A stretch of 22,574 nt of DNA from an uncultured Candidatus Saccharibacteria bacterium (GTDB taxonomy: Bacteria; Patescibacteriota; Minisyncoccia; Sungbacterales; SURF-37). Position numbers and translations under genes: made by a program. The stretch spans positions 1-22,574 of the forward strand of contig CAZDKA010000009.1 of assembly GCA_964505815.1 (NCBI GenBank), written 5' to 3'. Positions within the stretch are counted from its first letter, which is position 1. Each line of letters starts with the position of its first letter. The notes under the pieces are model-generated. The model saw only the letters and a program-made list of their open reading frames with translations, did not search any database and was not told where the DNA came from. Of this stretch, positions 15,512 to 22,574 are shown one piece after another.

Positions 15512-16018
15512 TCAGAAAATCTTTTCTTTACCGATCGAACATGTAATTTTCTTATTCGGAATTTCCCAACTCCACCATTTGATCGCATCCGAATTCCAGA
15601 ACGAAAGATGGGCGATCTCTTCCAGTAGCGACTCTAGGGGGCTCAATGTTTTCGTGACATTAACAGGAAATCCTTGTTGCCGCGAAACACGTTTTATGGC
15701 TGGCAATAACTTTTTTTCAAAGGCTTTCACGCGACGCGAGCGCACCGCGCTCAAAAGCCAAAGCGCCCGAAATAACGTTTCCTTATTAAAAAATGGCGGA
15801 GCGAAGTACTCAAGCATGTAACAGGCTGCAGCGTATCGTAGCCAGAGATCGAGTCTTTTATCTTTTATTAGATGGGAGAGGATAGACCTAACTTCTAACT
15901 GATACTCCGGAAGCAACGCAACGATCTCGGAATGATGACCCTGCGGGAATGCCATAGGGAAATCATCGTTGAAAGTATCAATGAGCTTCTGTTTTAACTC
16001 TACGACACCTTTCTTCAT
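15512..16018 (-). CDS. Hypothetical protein (second gene of a two-gene module)
   Basis: GAAGGAGG RBS 8 nt upstream of the internal Met (MKKGVVELKQ) at 16018. The track ORF extends to 16054, but that extension would overlap the upstream gene. No recognisable family. Confidence 0.5.
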   Translation of the reverse strand: MKKGVVELKQKLIDTFNDDFPMAFPQGHHSEIVALLPEYQLEVRSILSHLIKDKRLDLWLRYAAACYMLEYFAPPFFNKETLFRALWLLSAVRSRRVKAFEKKLLPAIKRVSRQQGFPVNVTKTLSPLESLLEEIAHLSFWNSDAIKWWSWEIPNKKITCSIGKEKIF

Positions 16019-16059
16019 TAGCCCTACCTCCTTCGTGCCGGCAAAGCGTCTCACGTCAT

Positions 16060-16455
16060 CTACCTCCTCACAATGATCAGGTCGCCCTTGGCAACCAGCT
16101 CCTCAATATCATAAGTGTAGAGGGTTGCTTTCAGTGGGTTACTGTCGCCGTAGCCCGGGAGATACAGTTGGATGACCGCCCACATGCTCTTTCGGAGGCG
16201 AATCTTTACTGGTTGGTGTTCGCCGCCGAGGAAGGCTTCGCATTCGGTCCGCCCTTTCTCTGTCCAGGTGATGATGCCTGCGTCTTTGGCGTCTGGCCCG
16301 CCGAGTACGTACTCGGGATTAGCCGACCATACTTCGCGAACTACCGCGTCATAATGGTCGTTCCCCCAGCGCCTTCGCAGGCGTGAACCAGGCAGAAGCC
16401 GGAATTGATTTAGGGTGATTTGTTGCGCCTCCGGGATCTCATCCTCGTATTTCAT
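16060..16455 (-). CDS. Hypothetical protein (first gene of a two-gene module), GC-rich relative to neighbours
   Basis: 131-aa ORF. GC of roughly 55-58% by eye, against about 45% for the downstream partner and the flanks. No recognisable motif. Confidence 0.5.
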   Translation of the reverse strand: MKYEDEIPEAQQITLNQFRLLPGSRLRRRWGNDHYDAVVREVWSANPEYVLGGPDAKDAGIITWTEKGRTECEAFLGGEHQPVKIRLRKSMWAVIQLYLPGYGDSNPLKATLYTYDIEELVAKGDLIIVRR

Positions 16456-16495
16456 GGCTCACCTCGCTCAAATTTTTATCAATGAACCCCTTACT

Positions 16496-17404
16496 ATGGT
16501 ACATTATTCCGAAAATATTGCAAAGCCGTTTCTGCAGTCCGCGGGATGGGAGGAGTTTCAGCGCCGGCTCGGCAGAAAAACGTGGCAAGTTTCAGGAAAA
16601 CTGATTATTCGGCACGACTTGCCGCTCGGTGTAAATTACCTATACGCTCCTCGGCCGAGTTTTGTCGGGGAGAACGAGTTCAACAAATTTTTGTCTGCCG
16701 CCAGCGATGTCGCCAAACAAGAAAAAAGCGTTTTTTTGAAAATAGAACCCGCAGAAAATTTCCAATTCCCAATTCCCAATTTCCAATTTTACGCATCTCA
16801 ATCTCTCCAGCCGCAAAGAACTTTAATCATTGACCTTTCCAAAACCGAAGATGCGCTACTCGCCGAAATGCACCCCAAGACCCGCTACAATATCCGGCTT
16901 GCGGTAAAGCACGGCGTTAAAGTGGAGAAAAAATTCGGCAGGGATTCAATAAAAGCATTTTTTTCTTTGCTTGGGGAAACGGCCCAGCGTGAGGGATTTC
17001 ACGTTCACGACGCCCATCACTACCGGACACTTTTTGAGATTTGCACCGACGTTTTCTGGAACGAACTTTATTTTGCCGAGTATAAAGGTAAGATTCTGGC
17101 CGTGGCCTTGGCAAACTTCTATCGGGAATCCGGTACGGCAACCTATTTACACGGCGCCTCATCCAGAGAGTATAAAGAAGTGATGGCCCCGCACCTTTTG
17201 CACCGGGAGATTATGCGTGAGGCAAGATCCCTGGGGTTTAGTGCCTATGACTTCTGGGGCATTGACGAGAAGCGCTGGCCCGGAGTGACGCGCTTTAAGC
17301 TTGGATTCGGCGGTAAGGTTGTTGAATACCCGCAGTCAATTGATGTCGTTTTTCGACCGACGTGGTATAGAGCGTACCATCTTGCCCGCAGATTTAAACG
17401 GTAA
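16496..17404 (+). CDS. FemAB-family peptidoglycan bridge-formation peptidyltransferase-like protein
   Basis: N-terminal FLQSAGWEEFQRRLGRKTW ... GKLIIRHDLPLGVNYLYAPRPSFVG matches the FemAB/FemX N-terminal signature (FLQS.eW..fk). The Met at 16496 (MVHYSE) is preferred over track 16415 because the extension overlaps the divergent gene. Contains a heptamer tandem repeat at 16757-16790. Confidence 0.6.
   Translation: MVHYSENIAKPFLQSAGWEEFQRRLGRKTWQVSGKLIIRHDLPLGVNYLYAPRPSFVGENEFNKFLSAASDVAKQEKSVFLKIEPAENFQFPIPNFQFYASQSLQPQRTLIIDLSKTEDALLAEMHPKTRYNIRLAVKHGVKVEKKFGRDSIKAFFSLLGETAQREGFHVHDAHHYRTLFEICTDVFWNELYFAEYKGKILAVALANFYRESGTATYLHGASSREYKEVMAPHLLHREIMREARSLGFSAYDFWGIDEKRWPGVTRFKLGFGGKVVEYPQSIDVVFRPTWYRAYHLARRFKR
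16757..16790 (+). repeat. Heptamer tandem repeat (AATTTCC AATTCCC AATTCCC AATTTCC AATTTT) inside the FemAB-like CDS
   Basis: Read directly. 4.7 units of a 7-nt period, encoding NFQFPIPNFQF in frame. Confidence 0.7.
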
Positions 17405-17474
17405 AAACCCGTAGCAAGTGCAGGGCGAAGTCATCCTTCTAGATTCTATTTTCTAAATTCTATATTCTGCGTAT

Positions 17475-17957
17475 ATGGGTTGGTGGAGCGTTATCACAGA
17501 ATTTTTGCGGAAATCGCAGTCGCTGCCCGAGCCGGATAAACGGACACTCGGGGATAAAGTCCGCGCCGCAGTGGCCGGTCAGATTATTGATTGGCTGTAC
17601 TTTGTCCTTGCGGTATTTACCTATCTTTATATCTTCGCCGCCGCCTTTTTATTCTTTACCAGGCGCGGCGGTTATTTTTTGGTGCTTACGCGCCTGATGG
17701 ACGCCTTATCCGAGCCATATCTCGGGAGCGTTGGTATCTATGTTATTTTGAAAGAAATCCGCAAACGGCGCTTCGGAGAACAAAGCAAGCACTGGGGCGA
17801 GTTTTTCGTGTTTTTCTGGGCAACTCTCCTGATGATCGCGGTGCCGTTCATAATTTTTTCGGAATCGTACGTATTTGACGAAGTGGCGGGTCTTATCGTA
17901 ACGATGGGCCTCGGAGTTTTTGTAATTTATCTGGCTGGTCTTATTAACAGGCCATAG
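17475..17957 (+). CDS. Hypothetical integral membrane protein
   Basis: Four predicted TM segments. Sits between the FemAB-like and MurE-like genes, likely in the same operon. The MurE-like start is 4 nt after its stop. Confidence 0.55.
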   Translation: MGWWSVITEFLRKSQSLPEPDKRTLGDKVRAAVAGQIIDWLYFVLAVFTYLYIFAAAFLFFTRRGGYFLVLTRLMDALSEPYLGSVGIYVILKEIRKRRFGEQSKHWGEFFVFFWATLLMIAVPFIIFSESYVFDEVAGLIVTMGLGVFVIYLAGLINRP

Positions 17958-17960
17958 CCC

Positions 17961-19319
17961 ATGGAGCGTCTTATTTTGGCTGTAAAAAAACTTATCCCTA
18001 GGGCGGTTTTCAGGGCGCTTCAGAGGCCCTACCATTTTTCACTTGCCTTGACTGCGGCTCTTTTTTATTTTTTACCGTCGCGCAAATTAAAAGTTATTGG
18101 CGTTACTGGAACTGACGGAAAGTCCAGCGTAGTTGAACTGCTTCATGAAATTTTGCGCGGAGCGGGTGTCAACGTCGCTTCGGTATCCTCGCTTCGCTTC
18201 AAAACCAACGAGAAAGAAGAGCCGAACATGTTAAAAATGACTATGCCCGGCCGTTTTTTTCTTCAGCGTTTTATGAAGCAGGCAGTCAAGAGTGGCAGAG
18301 AGTACGTTATTCTGGAAGTAACCTCAGAAGGCGCTAGACAATTTCGTCACAAATTCATTAAGTTTGATGCCGCGGTATTAACCAACGTAACACCAGAACA
18401 CATTGAAGCCCACGGCAGTTTTGAAAAGTATCGCAAAGCCAAGGCCAAACTTTTTGCCTCACTCGGCAAAAATGGCGTTGCGATATTGAACCGCGACGAG
18501 CCGTCATGGGGATTTTTTGCCGGACACACCAAAGCCAAAATAAATTTTTATAGCGAAAACTATTTAGTCATTGCCGGCCGCGAATATCCGGTGAGCAATA
18601 TGTCGTATCAAAACGAAATACGTTTCCGTGTAAACGGAGTTGATTTTTCTTCACTACTTTTCGGAAGATTTAATGTCTCAAATATTCTTGCCGCGTTGAC
18701 CACGGCGCACTCTTTGGGTATTCCGCTTCAGAAAATTAGCGAGGCGTTAAAAAACATTCGCGGCATCCCCGGCCGGCTTGAGATAATTCAGCGCGAGCCA
18801 TTCCGGGTGGTTGTTGACTACGCCCACACCCCAAATGCGCTTCGTAATGTTTATGAAACATTACGAAGCGCAAGTTCCAAGTTCCAAGTTCTAAGTTCCA
18901 AGTTGATATGTGTCTTGGGTGCTGCCGGCGGCGGCCGCGATAAATGGAAGCGGCCGGAACTTGGAAAAATCGCCGCGGAGTTTTGCGGCGAAATCATAGT
19001 TACTAATGAAGACCCTTATGACGAAAATCCGCGCTCCATTTTGGATGATATTGAGCGCGGATTTTCGCAAATTCCAAATTCTCCCGATGGCAAAGCCATC
19101 GAGGATCCTCGACAAAGTCGGGACAAATTCCAAATTCCAAAATTGCGGAAAACACTAGACAGGCGGGAAGCGATTCGCGAAGCATTACAATCAACCAGGC
19201 CTGGCGACACAGTCATTATCACCGGCAAAGGAGCCGAGCAATGGATTATGGGGCCGGGGGGTATAAAAATACCATGGGATGATAGGGGGGTGGTAAGAGA
19301 GGAGTTGGAGAAAATTTAA
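17961..19319 (+). CDS. murE: Mur ligase family protein (MurE-like UDP-MurNAc-tripeptide ligase)
   Basis: P-loop VIGVTGTDGKSS, LEVTSEG, TNVTPEHIEAHGSFEKY, DYAHTPNAL, GAAGGGRDKWKRP and ITGKGAE are Mur-ligase signatures. Carries heptamer and 14-nt direct repeats in frame at 18872-18906, 19068-19081 and 19124-19144. Confidence 0.7.
   Translation: MERLILAVKKLIPRAVFRALQRPYHFSLALTAALFYFLPSRKLKVIGVTGTDGKSSVVELLHEILRGAGVNVASVSSLRFKTNEKEEPNMLKMTMPGRFFLQRFMKQAVKSGREYVILEVTSEGARQFRHKFIKFDAAVLTNVTPEHIEAHGSFEKYRKAKAKLFASLGKNGVAILNRDEPSWGFFAGHTKAKINFYSENYLVIAGREYPVSNMSYQNEIRFRVNGVDFSSLLFGRFNVSNILAALTTAHSLGIPLQKISEALKNIRGIPGRLEIIQREPFRVVVDYAHTPNALRNVYETLRSASSKFQVLSSKLICVLGAAGGGRDKWKRPELGKIAAEFCGEIIVTNEDPYDENPRSILDDIERGFSQIPNSPDGKAIEDPRQSRDKFQIPKLRKTLDRREAIREALQSTRPGDTVIITGKGAEQWIMGPGGIKIPWDDRGVVREELEKI
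18872..18906 (+). repeat. Heptamer tandem repeat (AAGTTCC x2, AAGTTCT, AAGTTCC, AAGTTGA) inside the MurE-like CDS
   Basis: Read directly. Encodes SSKFQVLSSKL, which appears to be extra relative to the canonical sequence between DYAH and GGGRD. Confidence 0.7.
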
Positions 19320-19336
19320 AATGAAGATTTATTGTC

Positions 19337-19369
19337 ACCCCAGAGCAAGCTCTGGGGTATTTTATTTTG
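19337..19369 (+). terminator. Rho-independent terminator after the MurE-like gene
   Basis: ACCCCAGAGCaaGCTCTGGGGT followed by ATTTTATTTTGT. Confidence 0.6.
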
Positions 19370-19610
19370 TATTACCCCAGCCCCAATTTTGCTTGCCTGA
19401 TGAGGCGAAGCGCTTCGCCCGTCAAGGGACGGGGCTACCCGCCCCGTTAGATAGCGAAGCATCTAACGGGGTGAACCCCACGCGCTTCGCACTGTTTTAC
19501 CGGTTCTTCTTATTTTCATGCCGTTACTTTCTGCCCTGGCAAAATTGGAGCGGGGTTATTTCTTGTTCCCGCAATTCATCCCCGCGGCAAAGCCGCGGGG
19601 TATTCTTGCG

Positions 19611-19649
19611 GACAAAAAATAAAAAACGGAGCAGGGGAACCTGCTCCGT
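19611..19649 (-). terminator. Rho-independent terminator (minus strand)
   Basis: On the minus strand: CGGAGCAGGttccCCTGCTCCG followed by TTTTTTATTTTTT. Confidence 0.5.
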
Positions 19650-19807
19650 TGTGCTTCTTGGGCCGCGTTTGCTTAGTACATGACTCGATCGCAGAGGATC
19701 ACGCCGGCCTTTACGCGGCTTGCGGCGCGACCAACCCGAACGCAGGTTGACTCGTCCATATTGAACCACGTCTCGGCCCGTTCGTCGGCCGCTTTGCCGG
19801 CCGCAAT

Positions 19808-20080
19808 TTGCCGTGCCGATTTTTCGTTGTTCGCGGCAATGACGAAAGCATTGACCGGCTCTTGGGTGGACCGAACCTCCTTGGTGCGGTTCAAAAGAAA
19901 TTGGAACGATTCAACCGGACGTTACAGGAAGAGTGCCTGGATCGCGTTCCGCGAGACGTCGATGTGATCAACCGGGCCCTGGATGAATATTTACCCTATT
20001 ACAACGGCGAGCGGTTACACTTTGGAATATTCCTTAAAACTCCGATGGAAATTTTGGCGAAACCGATTACAAGCTATTGA
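19808..20080 (+). pseudogene. C-terminal remnant of a DDE (rve-type) transposase
   Basis: KLERFNRTLQEECLDRV ... YLPYYNGERLHFGIFLKTPMEIL matches the end of integrase-core transposases of the IS3/IS481/IS30 type (vERfnrTLkeE ... YN.eRpH..Lg..TP.E). No upstream DDE catalytic region is intact: the upstream frames are degenerate. Confidence 0.55.
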
Positions 20081-20162
20081 TTAGAAAACGTACCCCGCGG
20101 TGGGGGTAGCGCAGTTTTACCGCAATTTTACTGCAAAATTCGATCAAAATAGAGCTTACGTT

Positions 20163-21107
20163 CTACGGCCGCTTTTCTTTTTTGATGCCGTAGATCTCCG
20201 GGTCAATAGGGCGCTCAAAACAAATCCTGCCCGGGCTATGAGACCAATTATCAGGCAAGCCTCTGCCTGGAGGAAAGACCGGCCTTAGCGCTGCTTCTTT
20301 CTCGCTGGACTCGGTTTTAAATTCTGCGCAGAGTTCAAACTTCAGCTTATCGCGCACCCTGTATTCATAGGCGAGACCGCTTTCCGGATCGCGGGGTGCC
20401 TCCCAACCAGAAATGTCGTCTTTGAGCTCCATAAGCGACTCCGGCAGTTTCTCTTTTCTCTGCCAATAATTCACAATTTGCCATTGAATGTTTTGCAGAT
20501 CATGGACTCTCTGCCCGTCAAACTTGCGCAGTCGTTCGCGGAGCGGCGTGCCGGCGACAAAAAATCCTGTTGTGACCGATACGGCAACCAGAGCTATGAT
20601 GCCGAAAACCAAAAAGCGCATCCGGGGGTCGCGGGAAGCCATTGTTTCTTTTCGCAGATTCCAGAGATAGTATCCGAAAACAACGGCGGCGATGAAAAAA
20701 ATGGTCAATGCTTTCATAACAAATCTGGCGGAGAGGTCGCCGCTCAAAAATTTGTATAAGAGGGTTACTGCGTCGCCGATGATAAGTGAGGAGGCGGCGA
20801 AAAGGGTGAAGCAGAGAAGCCATTTCCTGGTTTTTAGCTCGCGCTTTTCCTTGTGTTCCCGAACGTTCTTCTCTAATGTTCTGGAGAGCCAGACAAAAAT
20901 AGGAAAAACCACAACCAGCGCGGCCAGGGCCCAGCGAACCGCGTCGCGCGAGCCGCTGTGAAAATCGGCTAGCGGATCCGGGAAAAGAATATCAATATAT
21001 TGAAAAATCAGCGCGCCGAAGCTTGAGGCCGAAATATAAAGAAGAATTACCGCCAAAAGATGCATGAAAACATCTTTTGGAGAAGTTTCTACGGTGGAGT
21101 TTTCCAT
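20163..21107 (-). CDS. Hypothetical membrane protein with a C-terminal soluble domain
   Basis: 314 aa. About five N-terminal TM segments followed by a charged soluble C-terminal region. Confidence 0.55.
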   Translation of the reverse strand: MENSTVETSPKDVFMHLLAVILLYISASSFGALIFQYIDILFPDPLADFHSGSRDAVRWALAALVVVFPIFVWLSRTLEKNVREHKEKRELKTRKWLLCFTLFAASSLIIGDAVTLLYKFLSGDLSARFVMKALTIFFIAAVVFGYYLWNLRKETMASRDPRMRFLVFGIIALVAVSVTTGFFVAGTPLRERLRKFDGQRVHDLQNIQWQIVNYWQRKEKLPESLMELKDDISGWEAPRDPESGLAYEYRVRDKLKFELCAEFKTESSEKEAALRPVFPPGRGLPDNWSHSPGRICFERPIDPEIYGIKKEKRP

Positions 21108-21172
21108 GGAAATACTTTCTTTACTCCCATGGAACTTTTCGTGCGAAAAGTTCCATATAAATATATAGGTAA

Positions 21173-21982
21173 CTATTTAAGCTCGTAAGTGATGCTGACC
21201 GAGACAGCAATTTCGTTTTCTCCGGGCTCAATTTGCGGAGGAGCGGCCTCAATGGCACTACCCTTGCCGAACGCCGCTTCACGGCCGAGAAAAATAGGCG
21301 GAAATATACCCGATTCACTGAAAGCAACAATTTTTCCGACTCTTTTGCCAAGTTGTTTTGCCAGGCGCTCGGCTTTTTTGCGTGCATCATTCACGGCCAA
21401 GTCGCGCGCCTGCGATTTTAACTCATCGGGGTCGTCAATCGTGAACTGCAGATTTGAAATCCGGTCTGCCCCGGTTTCAACGGCGCCGTCAATAATCTCG
21501 CCGGCTATTGCGATATTGCGCATGGTTATATCAACGGTGTTGTGTATCTGGTAGCCGATTATTCTGGGCTTTTCCAGCGGAGGACAAATCGCGCCGAAGC
21601 ACGGCCGGGGATAAGAATATTGGGGCGATACGGAATAGAAAACTGTCTTGATGTCTTTTTCGGCAATGCCCTGTTTTTTCAAAAATCCTATAAGAGCATT
21701 CGCGCGTTTGGTGTTATCTTCCGCGGCGTCGCCCAAAACTTTGGCGTTGCTTATAACCGTTATCTGAAGTCTGGCAACATCGGATTTTGCCGTAACTTTT
21801 CCTTCGCCTTGAAAAGATATCTGAAGCCGCCGGCCGGCAATATTCCGCCATTCTCTCCACGCCGAGGAAGCGTACGAAACAAAGAGGGCTAGAACAAGCG
21901 CGTTGACCAAAAACAAAAATACCAGGCCGAGTATTTTTGCCGCTCTTTTTTGTTCATCTGAAAATTCCTCGTATATTTGCAT
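21173..21982 (-). CDS. SIMPL/DUF541 family protein (BP26/YggE-like periplasmic protein)
   Basis: N-terminal TM or signal segment, then LQISFQGEGKVTAKSDVARLQITVIS ... GYQIHNTVDITMRNIA ... LQFTIDDPDEL ... ARKKAERLAKQLG ... GENEIAVSVSITYEL follows the SIMPL domain pattern. Confidence 0.65.
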   Translation of the reverse strand: MQIYEEFSDEQKRAAKILGLVFLFLVNALVLALFVSYASSAWREWRNIAGRRLQISFQGEGKVTAKSDVARLQITVISNAKVLGDAAEDNTKRANALIGFLKKQGIAEKDIKTVFYSVSPQYSYPRPCFGAICPPLEKPRIIGYQIHNTVDITMRNIAIAGEIIDGAVETGADRISNLQFTIDDPDELKSQARDLAVNDARKKAERLAKQLGKRVGKIVAFSESGIFPPIFLGREAAFGKGSAIEAAPPQIEPGENEIAVSVSITYELK

Positions 21983-22013
21983 GCGAATTTTATTTGAGCG
22001 TTAGCGAAACTAT

Positions 22014-22095
22014 AAAATTCAGCACCCTGTTAAATAGCGCTTCGCGCTAATTTTGCGGAGCAAAATTATTTAACAGGGTAAAGGTTTTGTCGCTG
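22014..22095 (-). repeat. Internally palindromic structured repeat element, copy 2 (inverted)
   Basis: 22014-22078 is the exact reverse complement of 8115-8179, and similarity extends a few nt at each side. An adjacent hairpin GTTTTGTCGCTGAAATTTG / CAAATTTCAGACAAAAC at 22084-22136 is followed by a T tract. Confidence 0.6.
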
Positions 22096-22317
22096 AAATT
22101 TGTTCGACCCGTCTCCAAATTTCAGACAAAACGCTTTACCTTTTTCTTTTAGTATACTCCCCCATAATTTTAAGAACAAGCTCTCGAATTTTTTGCTCGG
22201 CTTCCGGAGCGCTTTGAGTCTCCCGCCGCATTCGCGCTTTCTCTTTCCTCAAAAATTTCCGTACCGACTTTGACAAATGCGACTTAACCATAACGTCCTA
22301 GCCAAATTACTTTGTAT

Positions 22318-22326
22318 ATGATATAA
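22318..22326 (+). promoter_or_regulatory. Extended -10 promoter element (TGaTATAAT)
   Basis: TGATATAAT read directly, about 40 nt upstream of the AAGGAGGG RBS and ATG at 22368. Confidence 0.4.
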
Positions 22327-22367
22327 TGCTTTTAGTTCCTGAACCCTAAAAAACAAGGAGGGATCAA

Positions 22368-22574
22368 TGGCTTCTAGAGAGCTGAAAGAATATCTGAAAA
22401 CCAGCCCTTTGATGCTTGTTGCATTTGTTCTTGTCACCGCAACTCTGCTTTTAGCGCTTATCATGCCAGTGATGCTAGCTTCAAGGGCTTTTGGGTTTGA
22501 AAATGACGATAATGCCCCTGCCGCATTCGTGGAAGGCACGCGCGACTACACGATTCCGTACTTTGAGAAAACGC
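22368..22574 (+). CDS. Hypothetical membrane protein, 5' partial (runs off the window)
   Basis: Strong AAGGAGGG RBS 6 nt upstream of the ATG. MASRELKEYLKTSPLMLVAFVLVTATLLLALIMPVMLA contains one TM segment. No stop codon before the window end. Confidence 0.5.

Noticed and set aside
19320-19660. CRISPR array
   Set aside because: The GC-rich hairpins are different inverted repeats, not regularly spaced direct repeats of constant length. No repeat-spacer periodicity and no cas genes.
19321-19683. 120-aa + strand ORF immediately after the MurE-like gene
   Set aside because: The translation is low-complexity Cys/Arg/Phe/Leu-rich with no RBS. It is overlapped by multiple perfect hairpins and two terminators, so the region reads as non-coding structured DNA or RNA.
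19673-19894. 73-aa minus-strand ORF antisense to the transposase remnant
   Set aside because: No RBS. It lies on IS debris, and the minus-strand terminator downstream could equally belong to a read-through transcript. Not supportable as a gene.
22249-22539. 96-aa minus-strand ORF overlapping the 22368 + gene and its promoter
   Set aside because: The + strand gene has a strong AAGGAGGG RBS, an extended -10 promoter and a TM segment. The minus ORF has none of these.

Overview
Chromosomal window of about 22.6 kb that looks like a small-genome, possibly CPR/Parcubacteria-like, bacterium using the standard code: TGA is a stop in tsaE and holA. It reads as a housekeeping backbone with accessory and repeat-rich insertions. 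Recognisable genes: an NfeD-flotillin operon with two extra genes, one carrying beta-carbonic-anhydrase-like zinc motifs; tsaE; polA; an orphan receiver-domain response regulator; holA; rpsT; a DUF4258/DUF2283 toxin-antitoxin-like pair whose DUF4258 member has an in-frame TGA; uvrB with an in-frame, inverted-repeat-flanked ~30 aa insertion; a short PaaX-like regulator; ruvA; a FemAB-like / membrane / MurE-like cell-wall operon; a DDE transposase C-terminal remnant; a SIMPL/DUF541 protein; and several secreted or membrane hypotheticals. Outside the ORFs the window has an unusual density of repeats: three ~40-bp near-perfect palindromes sharing the core AAGCGRTCGCTT around the PaaX-like gene and uvrB; two inverted copies of a ~70-85 bp internally palindromic element 13.9 kb apart; two copies of a 47-bp composite TGTTAACA-GACGATNGTC-TGTTAACA site; heptamer (AARTTCC-like) tandem repeats in frame inside the FemAB-like and MurE-like genes; a MITE-like element; and a hairpin-rich, probably non-coding block after the MurE-like gene. 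No rRNA, tRNA or CRISPR array was found.
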